DNA of 63,367 bases, filler included. It is 5 parts of 5 records of this genome, joined end to end, with 100 filler letters (N's around TTAATTAATTAA, not from the genome) between each part and the next. Parts side by side here need not be neighbours in the genome. Positions count along the whole stretch, not along the records: positions 31,235 to 44,589 come from SRR2962707_3352; 4 more parts are not named here. One strand, given 5' to 3'. The notes beneath the pieces were generated by a model. It was not told the origin of the DNA. It ran no database searches and saw nothing but the letters and a program-made list of their open reading frames with translations. Made by a program: the position numbers and the translations under genes. Below, piece after piece: positions 31,236-41,143 of the stretch; within the stretch, counting starts at the first letter, position 1; each line of letters begins with the position of its first letter.

Positions 31236-33158
31236 GTCATCATTGTTGAAAATGTCGATGAACGCCATTTGCCCACCGCAAGCTGGGCCTTTCCGCTTTA
31301 TTTGCTCGGTATGAACCTGTTTGTCCTGCCGATTGCCTTGGCGGGGCTTGGCGCCCTTCCGGCATGGTCGGACCCGGACTTTTTTGTCATATCCGTGCCG
31401 CTGTTTGAAGGCCAGTCGCTTCTGGCCCTTTTGGCCTATGTCGGCGGGTTGTCGGCGAGTACCAGCATGGTGATTGTTGCGACCATCGCGCTTTCGACCA
31501 TGGTGTGTAATGACCTGATCGTTCCGGCCTTGCTGCGCATTCGGCCATTTCGCATGACCGAACGCGATGATTTGACGGGGCTTTTGATTTTCATCCGGCG
31601 CGCCTCCATCGTCGTAGTCGTATTTTTGGGCTTTGCTTATTACCGGTCCGCCGGGGCCAGTGATGCCCTGGCTGAAATCGGGCTGATTTCCTTTGCGGCC
31701 ACGGCACAGTTCATCCCAATCATGATTGGCGGGCTGTATTGGAAAGGAGCGACCAAATCGGGCGCGCAGGTCGGACTTGTCGTCGGCTTCCTGATCTGGG
31801 GCTATACCCTTTTGCTGCCGTCGCTTGCCGATAGTGGCTGGATGAACCCGGACCTGATCCTGAATGGCGCATTCGGGCACCCCTGGCTGCGGCCCGAAAG
31901 CCTGTTTGGCCTGTCAGAGTTCGAACCGTTAACCCATGCGCTGATCTGGTCAATGTCGCTTAATACCGCATTTTACGTTCTGATCAGCCTGTTCACATCG
32001 CCAAGTGCGCTCGAACGCATTCAGGCAACCCTGTTTGTCGATGCCTTTTCACGCAAAGGACAGGATACCGTTATCTGGCGGTCATCGGCATCGGTCGATG
32101 ATCTTTATGAACTTGTCGAACGGTTTTTGGGCCGTGAACGCGCGTTTCATTCGTTCCGTGATTTTGGTTGGGAAAAAGACACCCCATGGCGCGGCAAGGG
32201 GGAAGCAAATGCCGATATGATTGCCTTTACCGAACGGCTTTTGGCCGGGTCGATCGGGGCCGCATCGGCACGTGTGATGGTCTCATCGGTGGCCAAGGGC
32301 GAAATGGTCAGCCTTGAGGAAGTATTGGAAATCCTTGAGGAAACATCGCACGTTATTGAATATTCCCAGCGCCTTGAACAAAAATCGGCGGAGCTTGAAA
32401 AGGCTGCTGCCGAGCTGCGCGCCGCCAATGACCGGCTCAAAGAACTCGACCGGCTTAAGGATGAATTCCTGACCATGGTCAGTCACGAATTCCGAACACC
32501 TTTGACCTCTATCCGGTCATTTTCCGAAATTCTGGTCGACACTCCGACCCTTGACCACGAACGGGCCGAACATTTCCTCAGCATCATTGTACGTGAAAGT
32601 GAACGCCTGACCCGCCTGATTGATGATCACCTTGATCTGGCCCGACTTGAAGCCGGTCATTCCGATTGGCGGGCGATTGATGTTGATCCGCGCACCGTGC
32701 TTGATGAAAGTGTCGATGCGGTCAAAGGGTTGCTGGATCGCAAGGGGGTTGCACTTACCACCGATCTCGCCGCACAGACCGTGATGCTGCATGTTGATCG
32801 GGACCGCCTGACACAAGTGTTCATCAACCTGTTGTCAAATGCGGCAAAGTTTTCGGATCCGGAATATCCCAGTGTTTCTGTCCGGGGCGAGGCCATGGAC
32901 GGTGGGTATCTGGTATCGATCACCGATAATGGCCGCGGCATTGCCCCCAACGAGCTTGAGATCATTTTTGATAAATTCTCACGCGGGGGAAAATATGCCG
33001 ATGATAAGCCCAAACCATCGGGATCGGGATTGGGCCTGGCGATTGCCAAACATGTTGTTGAACATTGTCAGGGCAAAATATGGGCCGAAAGCCCGCCGGG
33101 TAAAGGCGCGACGTTCCGTGTCTTTATCCCCGGTCATGTGTTTGCCCCAAGCACATAA
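31236..33158 (+). CDS. Sodium:solute symporter-fused sensor histidine kinase (CrbS/CbrA/PrlS-like), 5'-truncated
   Basis: SSS TM region (VENVDERHL..ASWAFPLYL), STAC-like LAGSIGAASAR, H-box VSHEFRTPLTSI, N/G boxes NLLSNAAKF, DNGRGI, GSGLGLAI. Confidence 0.9.
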   Translation, partial: VIIVENVDERHLPTASWAFPLYLLGMNLFVLPIALAGLGALPAWSDPDFFVISVPLFEGQSLLALLAYVGGLSASTSMVIVATIALSTMVCNDLIVPALLRIRPFRMTERDDLTGLLIFIRRASIVVVVFLGFAYYRSAGASDALAEIGLISFAATAQFIPIMIGGLYWKGATKSGAQVGLVVGFLIWGYTLLLPSLADSGWMNPDLILNGAFGHPWLRPESLFGLSEFEPLTHALIWSMSLNTAFYVLISLFTSPSALERIQATLFVDAFSRKGQDTVIWRSSASVDDLYELVERFLGRERAFHSFRDFGWEKDTPWRGKGEANADMIAFTERLLAGSIGAASARVMVSSVAKGEMVSLEEVLEILEETSHVIEYSQRLEQKSAELEKAAAELRAANDRLKELDRLKDEFLTMVSHEFRTPLTSIRSFSEILVDTPTLDHERAEHFLSIIVRESERLTRLIDDHLDLARLEAGHSDWRAIDVDPRTVLDESVDAVKGLLDRKGVALTTDLAAQTVMLHVDRDRLTQVFINLLSNAAKFSDPEYPSVSVRGEAMDGGYLVSITDNGRGIAPNELEIIFDKFSRGGKYADDKPKPSGSGLGLAIAKHVVEHCQGKIWAESPPGKGATFRVFIPGHVFAPST

Positions 33159-33429
33159 CGACCCTTCAGATCCCAATCATGAATCGGGACGATCACCTGT
33201 CAATGCGTCCGTCATTCTGCTGTGTCCCACCGCATCCTGACCACAGGCGCACGCTTTTTCGCGTACACTTTTGCCCACTCGGTCCCCAGCAGATATTTAT
33301 ATCAGTTTTTCAATATTCTATCGCAAATTTCACCCGTGCTTTCACCATAGGAACCCTATCCCATCAGGGATAATGGATAAATTTTAACTCGACTCACAGG
33401 ATCGGTTCGATTAACACTGACGCACTTGG

Positions 33430-33441
33430 TTAATCGTTTAA
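33430..33441. promoter_or_regulatory. Putative LacI-family operator
   Basis: TTAATCGTTTAA near-palindrome with central CG, upstream of the LacI gene. Confidence 0.5.
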
Positions 33442-33488
33442 TCACGTCATTTAACTTGAAACAGTTTCACGTTTCTGCGGAGGCCCCC

Positions 33489-34568
33489 TTGGCTGCATCG
33501 CGTATCGGACCGAACATGACCCAGATCGCCAAAGCAGTTGGCGTGTCGTCGGCGACTGTGTCCAACGCGCTTTCTGGCAAGGGTCGTGTATCGGCCGATC
33601 TGGTTGAAAAAATCCGCGCGACAGCCGCCGAACTTGGCTATGTCCCCAGCAATGCCGGGCGCGCGCTTCGCACGGGGCGATCCAATGTTTTGGGGCTGGT
33701 CCTGCCGGATATTTCCAATCCGCTTTTCCCGCAAATCGCACAGGCGATGGAAGTCGCCGCATCCAATGCCGGATACGGGGTTTTGATTGCCGATTCACGC
33801 GGTGACGTCACCACCCAGACACAGGCCATCGCACGGCTGATTGAACGCGGCGTTGATGGGCTGGTGGTTATTCCACGCCGCGGGACGCGCATCGGGTCGG
33901 TAAGCTGCCCGGTTGCCATGGTCGATACCCCGTCAACACCGGGCAACACCGTTTCAGCCGACCATTGGGAAGGCGGGGCCGAAATCACCCGCCACCTTCA
34001 GGACCTTGGCCATCGCAATTTCTTGTTTGTCGGCCATGATCAGGCATCAAACGTGCAAAATGACCGCATTGGCGGCATGAAAGCCGCCCTTGGTTCCGAT
34101 ACACGCCATCAGACGATCTGGATTGAAACGCTGCTCAACGCGCAGCCAGACCGCACGTCGCTTGGCCTGATGGATCATGTGAAATCCGGTGTTACAGCGA
34201 TAGCCGCGGTTTCGGACTTGCATGCCTTGCGCGTTCTGACCGAACTTCAAACAGCGGGCATCAAGGTTCCGCAACAGATCAGCGTTACCGGCTTTGATGA
34301 TCTGGTGTTTGCGCCGGTGGTTACCCCATCGCTTACCACTGTGCATATGAACATGACGCAGATCGCACAAATCGCGATTGCCGCCCTGATCACAGAAATC
34401 GAAATCCCCAAAACAATTGATCCCAATATTGAACACAAGAACGGTGCGGCGGTTTCACACACCGTCAAAGCCGATACGTCCAAGGTTTCCATGGAACTGA
34501 TGGTGCGCGCCTCAAGCGGCCCGGCAGTTTCACCCGCCACACCAAGCCCGAATGGAGAAATTCTATAA
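33489..34568 (+). CDS. LacI-family transcriptional regulator
   Basis: IAKAVGVSSATVSNAL HTH, YVPS, VTGFDD; start TTG 33489 after GGAGG. Confidence 0.93.
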   Translation: MAASRIGPNMTQIAKAVGVSSATVSNALSGKGRVSADLVEKIRATAAELGYVPSNAGRALRTGRSNVLGLVLPDISNPLFPQIAQAMEVAASNAGYGVLIADSRGDVTTQTQAIARLIERGVDGLVVIPRRGTRIGSVSCPVAMVDTPSTPGNTVSADHWEGGAEITRHLQDLGHRNFLFVGHDQASNVQNDRIGGMKAALGSDTRHQTIWIETLLNAQPDRTSLGLMDHVKSGVTAIAAVSDLHALRVLTELQTAGIKVPQQISVTGFDDLVFAPVVTPSLTTVHMNMTQIAQIAIAALITEIEIPKTIDPNIEHKNGAAVSHTVKADTSKVSMELMVRASSGPAVSPATPSPNGEIL

Positions 34569-35593
34569 TGGCGATTAAAAAGCTGATGATGGCATCTGCC
34601 GCGCTGATCCTAAGCGTCACCGCTGCCAAGGCCGAAGAAAAAACCCTGACCATTTCCGTTTATGGTTTTGCACAGGATGCCTTCAAGGAACACCTGTATG
34701 AGCCGTTCGAAGAAAAATGTGGCTGTGAACTGGTTGTTGAAACCGGAAACTCCGTCGAACGTCTGGCCAAAATCGAAGCCAACAAGGAAAACCCGGTCAT
34801 TGATCTGGCGGTGATTTCCATGCGCGATGCGCTTTCGGCGGCACGCAACGGCCTGACCGACAAAATCGACAACAGCAAACTTGCCAATTTTGACAAGCTT
34901 TATGACATTGCCAAAGACCCCAATGGCGATGGCATGAGCATCGGCTACACCTTCTATGCAAGTTCGATTGCCTATCGTTCTGACAAGGTCACCATCAACA
35001 GCTGGGCCGATCTTCTGTCTGACGATCTTGCCGGGCGCGTGGCATTGCCAAACGTCACCACGACGCAAGGCCCGCTGACCCTTTATATGCTGGGCAAGGC
35101 CCTGGGCGATGAAGACCCGTCGCTTAAAACTCCGATTGCCAAAGTTGGCGAGAAAAAAGACGACATCGTCACCTTCTATGTCCGGTCGTCCCAACTGGTT
35201 CAGTTGATGCAGCAAGAAGAAATCTGGGCCGCACCGATTGGCCGTTTCGCATGGGCCGGTTTTTCCAAAATGGACATGCCGATCAAATGGGCAACACCGA
35301 AGGAAGGTCAGTCTGGCGGCATGAACGTCATGGTCCTGACCAAAGGCAGCAAGAACCGCGATCTCGCACTTGAGTTCATGGATTTCTGGTTGTCGACCGA
35401 CATTCAGACCGCCCTGGCCGAGAACCTTGTCGACAGCCCGGCCAACAAGGATGTCGTGGTATCTGATGAGGTTGCCGACAACCTGACCTATGGCGCGGAA
35501 ACGGTTAAGAACCTCCATCTCATCCCGTCTGAAGTTGCCCTGGATAACCGTGAAAACTGGTTATCGCAATGGAACAACAAGGTCGGTCAATAA
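34568..35593 (+). CDS. ABC transporter substrate-binding protein (PotD/SBP_bac_8-like)
   Basis: Signal peptide; SWADL and PKEG motifs; first gene of ABC operon. Confidence 0.9.
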   Translation: MAIKKLMMASAALILSVTAAKAEEKTLTISVYGFAQDAFKEHLYEPFEEKCGCELVVETGNSVERLAKIEANKENPVIDLAVISMRDALSAARNGLTDKIDNSKLANFDKLYDIAKDPNGDGMSIGYTFYASSIAYRSDKVTINSWADLLSDDLAGRVALPNVTTTQGPLTLYMLGKALGDEDPSLKTPIAKVGEKKDDIVTFYVRSSQLVQLMQQEEIWAAPIGRFAWAGFSKMDMPIKWATPKEGQSGGMNVMVLTKGSKNRDLALEFMDFWLSTDIQTALAENLVDSPANKDVVVSDEVADNLTYGAETVKNLHLIPSEVALDNRENWLSQWNNKVGQ

Positions 35594-35609
35594 GATACCG
35601 GATCTGAAT

Positions 35610-35637
35610 TCGGGGCTGGTGACCGCACCGGCCCCGA
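35610..35637 (+). other. Intercistronic stem-loop after SBP gene
   Basis: TCGGGGCTGGTG-accg-CACCGGCCCCGA. Confidence 0.7.
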
Positions 35638-35722
35638 TGATCGATCCAAGACGCTAAACGCGACGCCCCACCTCCCCGTCGCGCCACCATTTACTTAACT
35701 TATCGACGACAAGGTTGCTGAG

Positions 35723-36550
35723 ATGTTTCAGAACCGGGCCGAGGCCTTTGCGCTGGTCCTGCCTGCCGCGATCTTTGCCGGTGCCATCTTTTTGGTGCCC
35801 GTGGTGATCCTTCTTTCCGAGGGATTCCGATCCGGTGATAGCTGGACAATACAAGCCTATATCGACTTTTTTGCGCAGCCGCTTAATCAGGCGGTGTTTG
35901 TGCGCACCCTGAAACTTGCTGCCATGGTCACAGCCGCCTCTGCGGTCATCGGTTATGCCGCAGCCTTCGCAATTGTCAATTTGCCCCCCAAGGGCAAAGG
36001 CCGCATTACCGGGCTTGTGGTCCTGCCGTTGATGATTTCGCCGGTTGCCCGGACATATGCATGGATCGTCATTCTGGGGCGTACCGGCATTGTCAACGAG
36101 GCCCTGGTTGCTGTGGGCTTAAGTGATGAGCCGATCCGCTTTCTGTTTACCGAAACCGCGGTGTTTATCGGGCTATTGCAACTGTTCTTGCCGTTGATGA
36201 TCATTTCACTGATCAGTGCGCTTGAGAACATGCCGCGCGATGCGGTCCCCGCCGCACGGGTTCTGGGTGCGAACTGGCTTCAGGTGTTCACCAAGGTCAT
36301 CCTGCCGCTGACCAAGGAAGGTCTGGTTATTGGCGGAACGCTTGTGTTTACCGGCTCCATGACCGCCTATATCACCCCGGCCATTCTGGGTGGGTCAAAA
36401 GTTCTGATGCTTGAAACGTTGCTGTATCAGCGTGTGACGATGGCCAATGATTTTGTCTCAGCCTCGGTCATTGCTTTGATCCTGATTGTGATGGCGTTTG
36501 CCGCCAACCTTCTGCTCAAACGACTGGCAACTGCGAGGAACAAGCGATGA
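35723..36550 (+). CDS. ABC transporter permease (PotB-like)
   Basis: RTYAWIVILG, AARVLGA EAA-like loop, TPAILGG. Confidence 0.9.
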   Translation: MFQNRAEAFALVLPAAIFAGAIFLVPVVILLSEGFRSGDSWTIQAYIDFFAQPLNQAVFVRTLKLAAMVTAASAVIGYAAAFAIVNLPPKGKGRITGLVVLPLMISPVARTYAWIVILGRTGIVNEALVAVGLSDEPIRFLFTETAVFIGLLQLFLPLMIISLISALENMPRDAVPAARVLGANWLQVFTKVILPLTKEGLVIGGTLVFTGSMTAYITPAILGGSKVLMLETLLYQRVTMANDFVSASVIALILIVMAFAANLLLKRLATARNKR

Positions 36551-37326
36551 GTAACAAGCTTTATGCCCCGATCATCCTGTTGCTGGTTCTGGCCTTTTTG
36601 ATTGGCCCATTCATCATCATCATTGCCGCGTCGCTGTCAGCCGGTGAAACGTTGTCCTTCCCGCCACAGGGATTGTCGCTGCGCTGGGTGATCAAGGTGT
36701 TTGAAGTCGAAAGTTTCCGGGCCAGTTTTGGCATTTCGATGTTTCTGGCGATTGGCGGTACGATTGCCGCCCTGATCCTTGGCATCCCGGCAAGCTATGC
36801 GCTATCGCGTTACAAGGTGCCGGGTGCCGAAACCATCCGCACCATCGTGTCATCGCCAATCATTGTGCCCGGTATCATCGTTGGCTTGGCTTTGCTGCGT
36901 TATTTCGTGGTGCCGTTTAATTTCGGCATTCTGTTTGCGCTGTTTCTGGCCCACACCGCGTTGATCCTGCCCTATGCCGTGCGGGTGGTATCGGCCAGCC
37001 TGACCAACCTGCGCTCCGACATCGAAGAAGCCGCTGTGCTGTTGGGTTGTTCGCGCGTTGGTGCCTTTTTCCGGGTGGTGATGCCCAATATCCGGGGTGG
37101 CATTCTGGCCGCCTTCATTCTGGGGTTTGTCACCAGTTTTAATCAGGTGCCCGTGTCGCTGTTTCTGTCTGGTCCGGGTGTGCGCACCCTGCCAATCGAC
37201 ATGCTCTCCTATATGGAGATCACCTATGACCCATCGGTCGCAGCCCTGTCTGCGCTGCTTGCTTTCATGTCGCTGGGCATTGTCTTTCTGGCCGAACGTT
37301 TCCTAGGATTTTCCCGCTATGTCTGA
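36547..37326 (+). CDS. ABC transporter permease (PotC-like)
   Basis: FPPQGLSLRW, IEEAAVLLG. Confidence 0.9.
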   Translation: MSNKLYAPIILLLVLAFLIGPFIIIIAASLSAGETLSFPPQGLSLRWVIKVFEVESFRASFGISMFLAIGGTIAALILGIPASYALSRYKVPGAETIRTIVSSPIIVPGIIVGLALLRYFVVPFNFGILFALFLAHTALILPYAVRVVSASLTNLRSDIEEAAVLLGCSRVGAFFRVVMPNIRGGILAAFILGFVTSFNQVPVSLFLSGPGVRTLPIDMLSYMEITYDPSVAALSALLAFMSLGIVFLAERFLGFSRYV

Positions 37327-38353
37327 TTCCCGTTTTCTGTCTCTTGAAAAACTGACCCTGTCCTATGGCAAAAACGTTGCCGTGCCGGAAATGGACCTTG
37401 ATATCGCCAAGGGCGAACTTGTCGCCCTGCTTGGGCCGTCGGGCTGTGGCAAAACCACAACCATGCGCGCCATTGCCGGGCTGATGGAACCGGCATCGGG
37501 CGCCATTGTTCTGGACGGTGCAAACATCACCCGCGTTCCAGCCAACAAACGCCCGGTCGGGCTGGTATTTCAATCCTATGCGCTTTTCCCGCATCTCAAC
37601 GTTTATGAAAACGTCGCCTTTGGCCTGAAACTGATGGGGGTTAAGGGCAAGGACCTTGAAACCCGTGTAAACGACGGCCTAAAAACCGTTGGCCTGTCGC
37701 AATATGCCACGCGCAAACCCGCCGAACTTTCCGGTGGCCAGCAACAGCGCGTGTCCCTTGCCCGGTCCATGGTGATGGAACCCAAGGTCTTGCTGCTTGA
37801 TGAGCCGCTTTCGAACCTTGATGCGCGCCTGCGACTTGAAATGCGCACCGAGCTACAGCGCGTGCAAAAAGAAAGCGGCGTGACGATGATTTTCGTCACC
37901 CATGATCAGGTCGAAGCCCTTGCCATGGCCGACCGCATCATTGTGATGCTGGATGGTCATATCGAACAGATCGGAACCCCAGAAGACATCTATAACAACC
38001 CGGCGTCCGATTTTGTGGCCGACTTTGTTGGTTTTGAAAACGTCTTTGAACGGGTCGGTGACACCATCAAAACCGCAAATGGCGACGTTGCCATTTCGGG
38101 CAACATTGATGATGCGACCAAGGGTCTTGCCTGGCGTCCGTCCATGGTGACCTTGGGCGAAGGCCCCTATGAGGGAACCGTGCGCGGCACATCCTTTGCC
38201 GGGGGCACGCGCGAATACCTGCTTGATACCCCGCTTGGACAGATCAAGGCCGAATGTGATGCCGCCCTTCCGGCACATGATTTTGGCGCAGTGCTTAAAT
38301 TCGATCTTCCGGTCGCCAAGGCTGCCCAGCTTGCCCGCACCGGGAGCCTGTAA
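37319..38353 (+). CDS. ABC transporter ATP-binding protein (PotA-like)
   Basis: GPSGCGKTT, LSGGQQQR, LLDEPLSNLD. Confidence 0.95.
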   Translation: MSDSRFLSLEKLTLSYGKNVAVPEMDLDIAKGELVALLGPSGCGKTTTMRAIAGLMEPASGAIVLDGANITRVPANKRPVGLVFQSYALFPHLNVYENVAFGLKLMGVKGKDLETRVNDGLKTVGLSQYATRKPAELSGGQQQRVSLARSMVMEPKVLLLDEPLSNLDARLRLEMRTELQRVQKESGVTMIFVTHDQVEALAMADRIIVMLDGHIEQIGTPEDIYNNPASDFVADFVGFENVFERVGDTIKTANGDVAISGNIDDATKGLAWRPSMVTLGEGPYEGTVRGTSFAGGTREYLLDTPLGQIKAECDAALPAHDFGAVLKFDLPVAKAAQLARTGSL

Positions 38354-39282
38354 TGGGACTTTGGATCGACACCGATATGGGGTTTGACGATCTGGCTTCT
38401 GTGCTGGTTCTAACCCATGCCGGACGCCAGATTGACGGCATGTCTTTGATTGCGGGCAACAGTCCGCTTGAAACCGTGCGCAGCAATGCGGCCAGTGCGG
38501 CAAAACTGTTTGGCTGGGATTTTCCGATCTTTACCGGACGTGAAAAGGCTGTTCTGGGGGGGCTTGAAACCGCACAGGCCATCCTTGGCCCACGCGGCAT
38601 GCAAAGTGCAGGCGCACATTTGCCTGAATGTCGCCCAGTGACTGAACGCTGTGCCTTTGGCGCCCTGTGCAAGTGGCTCGAACAGCCTGCCGCTGGGGAT
38701 GACAAGAAACATATTCTGGCCCTTGGCCCACTTGGCAACCTTGCCGCTTTGGCCTTGGCCCGTCCAGATTTGGCCCGCAAGATCGACCAAATTACCTGGA
38801 TGGGCGGTGCGGCGGGGCGCGGCAATCATACTGCCCTTGCCGAATATAATGCCTTTGCCGATCCCGAAGCGCTGGCAATTGTACTGGCCCATGAATTGCC
38901 TGTTCGCATGGTTGAACTTGATCTGTGCCGCAAGGTTATTGCGACCCCGGACGATGTCCATGCCATCCGCATTGCTGGTGGCCAGAATGCCAGCCTTTTG
39001 GCCGATCTGACCGACGGCTACATCAATATCGGGATTTCACGTGGACGCAGTGGTATGGCGATTTTTGATCCGGTTGCCGCAATTACACTCCTTGACCCTG
39101 ATGTTGTGCAATTTGCCAACACCCATGTCGCGGTTGACACCAGCCAAGGTGTCGCGCGGGGGCAAACCCATATTGACCCCACCGCAACCGCCAAATTCAA
39201 TGCGCAATATGGTGTCACGGTTGATGCTGATCGTGCACGCACCATGATCTTTGACGCGCTAAAGGCAGAAGCCGCAAAATGA
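38353..39282 (+). CDS. Nucleoside hydrolase (IUNH family)
   Basis: DTDMGFDD (DxDxxxDD), GPLGNLA, MGG, AEYNAFADPEA. Confidence 0.92.
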   Translation: MGLWIDTDMGFDDLASVLVLTHAGRQIDGMSLIAGNSPLETVRSNAASAAKLFGWDFPIFTGREKAVLGGLETAQAILGPRGMQSAGAHLPECRPVTERCAFGALCKWLEQPAAGDDKKHILALGPLGNLAALALARPDLARKIDQITWMGGAAGRGNHTALAEYNAFADPEALAIVLAHELPVRMVELDLCRKVIATPDDVHAIRIAGGQNASLLADLTDGYINIGISRGRSGMAIFDPVAAITLLDPDVVQFANTHVAVDTSQGVARGQTHIDPTATAKFNAQYGVTVDADRARTMIFDALKAEAAK

Positions 39283-41063
39283 CAGACAGAAATTCAGAAC
39301 CCCTTGACCTGCATGACGATGCCTTACGTGCGCGCGCGGTTGCTGCTGCCCGTGGCGATGCCCCGTTTGACGTGCTGATCGTCGGTGGGAAAATCGTTGA
39401 TATGGTCACCGACGAAATCCGCCTTGCCGATATCGGCATTGTTGGAAAAATGATCGCCAGCGTCCACGAACCTGCCACCCGAAGCGACACCCGCACCCTG
39501 ATCAGCGCACGGGGCAGGTTTATCAGTCCCGGCCTGATCGACACGCACATGCATGTCGAAAGCTCGATGACCACGCCGGCGACCTATGCCGCAACTGTCG
39601 TGCCACGCGGTGTCACCACCACGGTCTGGGACCCGCATGAATTTGGCAATGTGCTGGGGCTTGACGGGGTTCGATGGGCAACCGATGCGGTGCGTGATTT
39701 GCCGTTGCGCGTCCTTACCCTTGCGCCGTCCTGCGTTCCCGCCGCACCGGGGTATGAAGTATCAGGGGCTGATTTTGATGGCGATGCCATGACTGAAATG
39801 CTGTCATGGCCAGACATCCACGGCGTTGCCGAGGTCATGAACATGCGCGGTGTCATTGACCGTGACCCACGCATGAGCAGTATTGTCCAAGCGGGTCTGA
39901 CATCGCAAAAACTGGTGTGCGGCCATGCACGGGGACTGGAAAACAGCGACCTTGCCGCCTTTATCGCTGCAGGCATCGGATCCGACCATGAGTTGGTGTC
40001 AAACGACGATCTGATGGCAAAACTGCGTGCCGGGCTGACGATTGAGATGCGCGGATCGCATGACCATTTGCTGCCGGGGTTCGTGCAAACTCTCAATGAG
40101 CTTGGATTCCTGCCGCAAACCGTCACACTTTGCACAGATGATGTTTTCCCCGATGATCTGGCCAACGCAGGCGGGCTTGATGATGTTGTGCGGCGTTTGG
40201 TGCGTTATGGTATGAAACCCCAATGGGCCTTGCGCGCTGCAACGCTGAATGCCGCCACGCGTTTGGGGCGCAATGACTTAGGGCTCATTGCGGCCGGACG
40301 ACGGGCCGATATTGTCATTTTTGATGACCTTGAAGGCTTTGTCGCCCACACCGTTCTTGCCAATGGCAAAATGGTTGCAAAATCTGGCGAACTTCAAACA
40401 CAGCCCACGGCCCTTGACCCGGCCCCGCTGACCGACACCATGAAGATCGGCACACTGACAGTCGATGATTTCCGCATTGCTGCAACCGGTGACAAAGTCC
40501 GTATCGCCACCATTGATCGCCCCCGCTTCACCCGCTGGGGCGAGGTTGAGGCAGACGTCAAAGACGGTTTTGTCATCCCGCCCGATGGCACGACTTTGAT
40601 CGCGGTCGCCCATCGCCATGGCAAGGTTGATGGCATACCGCGTGTTGGCCTGTTGGAAAACTGGGGCACATGGCGCGGTGCGGTTTGCACCACTGTTTCA
40701 CACGACAGCCACAACCTGACTGTTTTTGGCGGCAACCCCAAAGACATGGCAATTGCCGCCAATGCGGTGATCAAGGCCGGTGGCGGAATGGCGGTTGCGT
40801 CAAACGGTAGACTTGATGCGATCTTGCCGCTGCCGCTGTGTGGGCTGGTGTCCGACGCCCCGATGGATCAAGTCGCCGAACAATTCTCCCACATCCGGGC
40901 GGCCACCGATGCCATCGTTGACTGGAACCCGCCGTATCTGGTGTTCAAGGCGCTGTTTGGCGCGACCCTTGCGTGCAACGCGGGGCCCCACCAAACGGAT
41001 CGCGGCATTGGCGATGTCGAAATCGGTAAACTTCTGGAAACGCCGGTGCTGGGTTCCCAGTAA
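39279..41063 (+). CDS. ade: Adenine deaminase
   Basis: DTHMHVESS, DPHE, GHA, DHE, CTDD, HRH, SHDSHN. Confidence 0.92.
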   Translation: MTDRNSEPLDLHDDALRARAVAAARGDAPFDVLIVGGKIVDMVTDEIRLADIGIVGKMIASVHEPATRSDTRTLISARGRFISPGLIDTHMHVESSMTTPATYAATVVPRGVTTTVWDPHEFGNVLGLDGVRWATDAVRDLPLRVLTLAPSCVPAAPGYEVSGADFDGDAMTEMLSWPDIHGVAEVMNMRGVIDRDPRMSSIVQAGLTSQKLVCGHARGLENSDLAAFIAAGIGSDHELVSNDDLMAKLRAGLTIEMRGSHDHLLPGFVQTLNELGFLPQTVTLCTDDVFPDDLANAGGLDDVVRRLVRYGMKPQWALRAATLNAATRLGRNDLGLIAAGRRADIVIFDDLEGFVAHTVLANGKMVAKSGELQTQPTALDPAPLTDTMKIGTLTVDDFRIAATGDKVRIATIDRPRFTRWGEVEADVKDGFVIPPDGTTLIAVAHRHGKVDGIPRVGLLENWGTWRGAVCTTVSHDSHNLTVFGGNPKDMAIAANAVIKAGGGMAVASNGRLDAILPLPLCGLVSDAPMDQVAEQFSHIRAATDAIVDWNPPYLVFKALFGATLACNAGPHQTDRGIGDVEIGKLLETPVLGSQ

Positions 41064-41080
41064 TCCGCAATGGTTCTCTC

Positions 41081-41118
41081 AAACAAAACGGGCGCAAGAT
41101 TTTGCGCCCGTTTTGTTT
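41081..41118. terminator. Bidirectional terminator between ade and nasS
   Basis: AAACAAAACGGGCGCAA-gatt-TTGCGCCCGTTTTGTTT. Confidence 0.9.
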
Positions 41119-41143
41119 TTGATGCCGAGAATCACCCGTTTAC

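Noticed and set aside
31179-31880. ORFs ending in ...XXXLIN (also 44336-44641, 44634-44993, 55199-55501)
   Set aside because: They run into the N spacer; artefacts, or antisense to real genes
33159-33425. Possible purine riboswitch or sigma54 promoter upstream of the LacI operon
   Set aside because: No recognisable aptamer core and no GG-N10-GC consensus found
34610-35518. 302-aa antisense ORF opposite the ABC binding protein (similarly 37853-38503, 55656-56381, 55913-56527, 60907-61635)
   Set aside because: Shadow ORFs caused by codon bias of the real genes; no motifs or RBS
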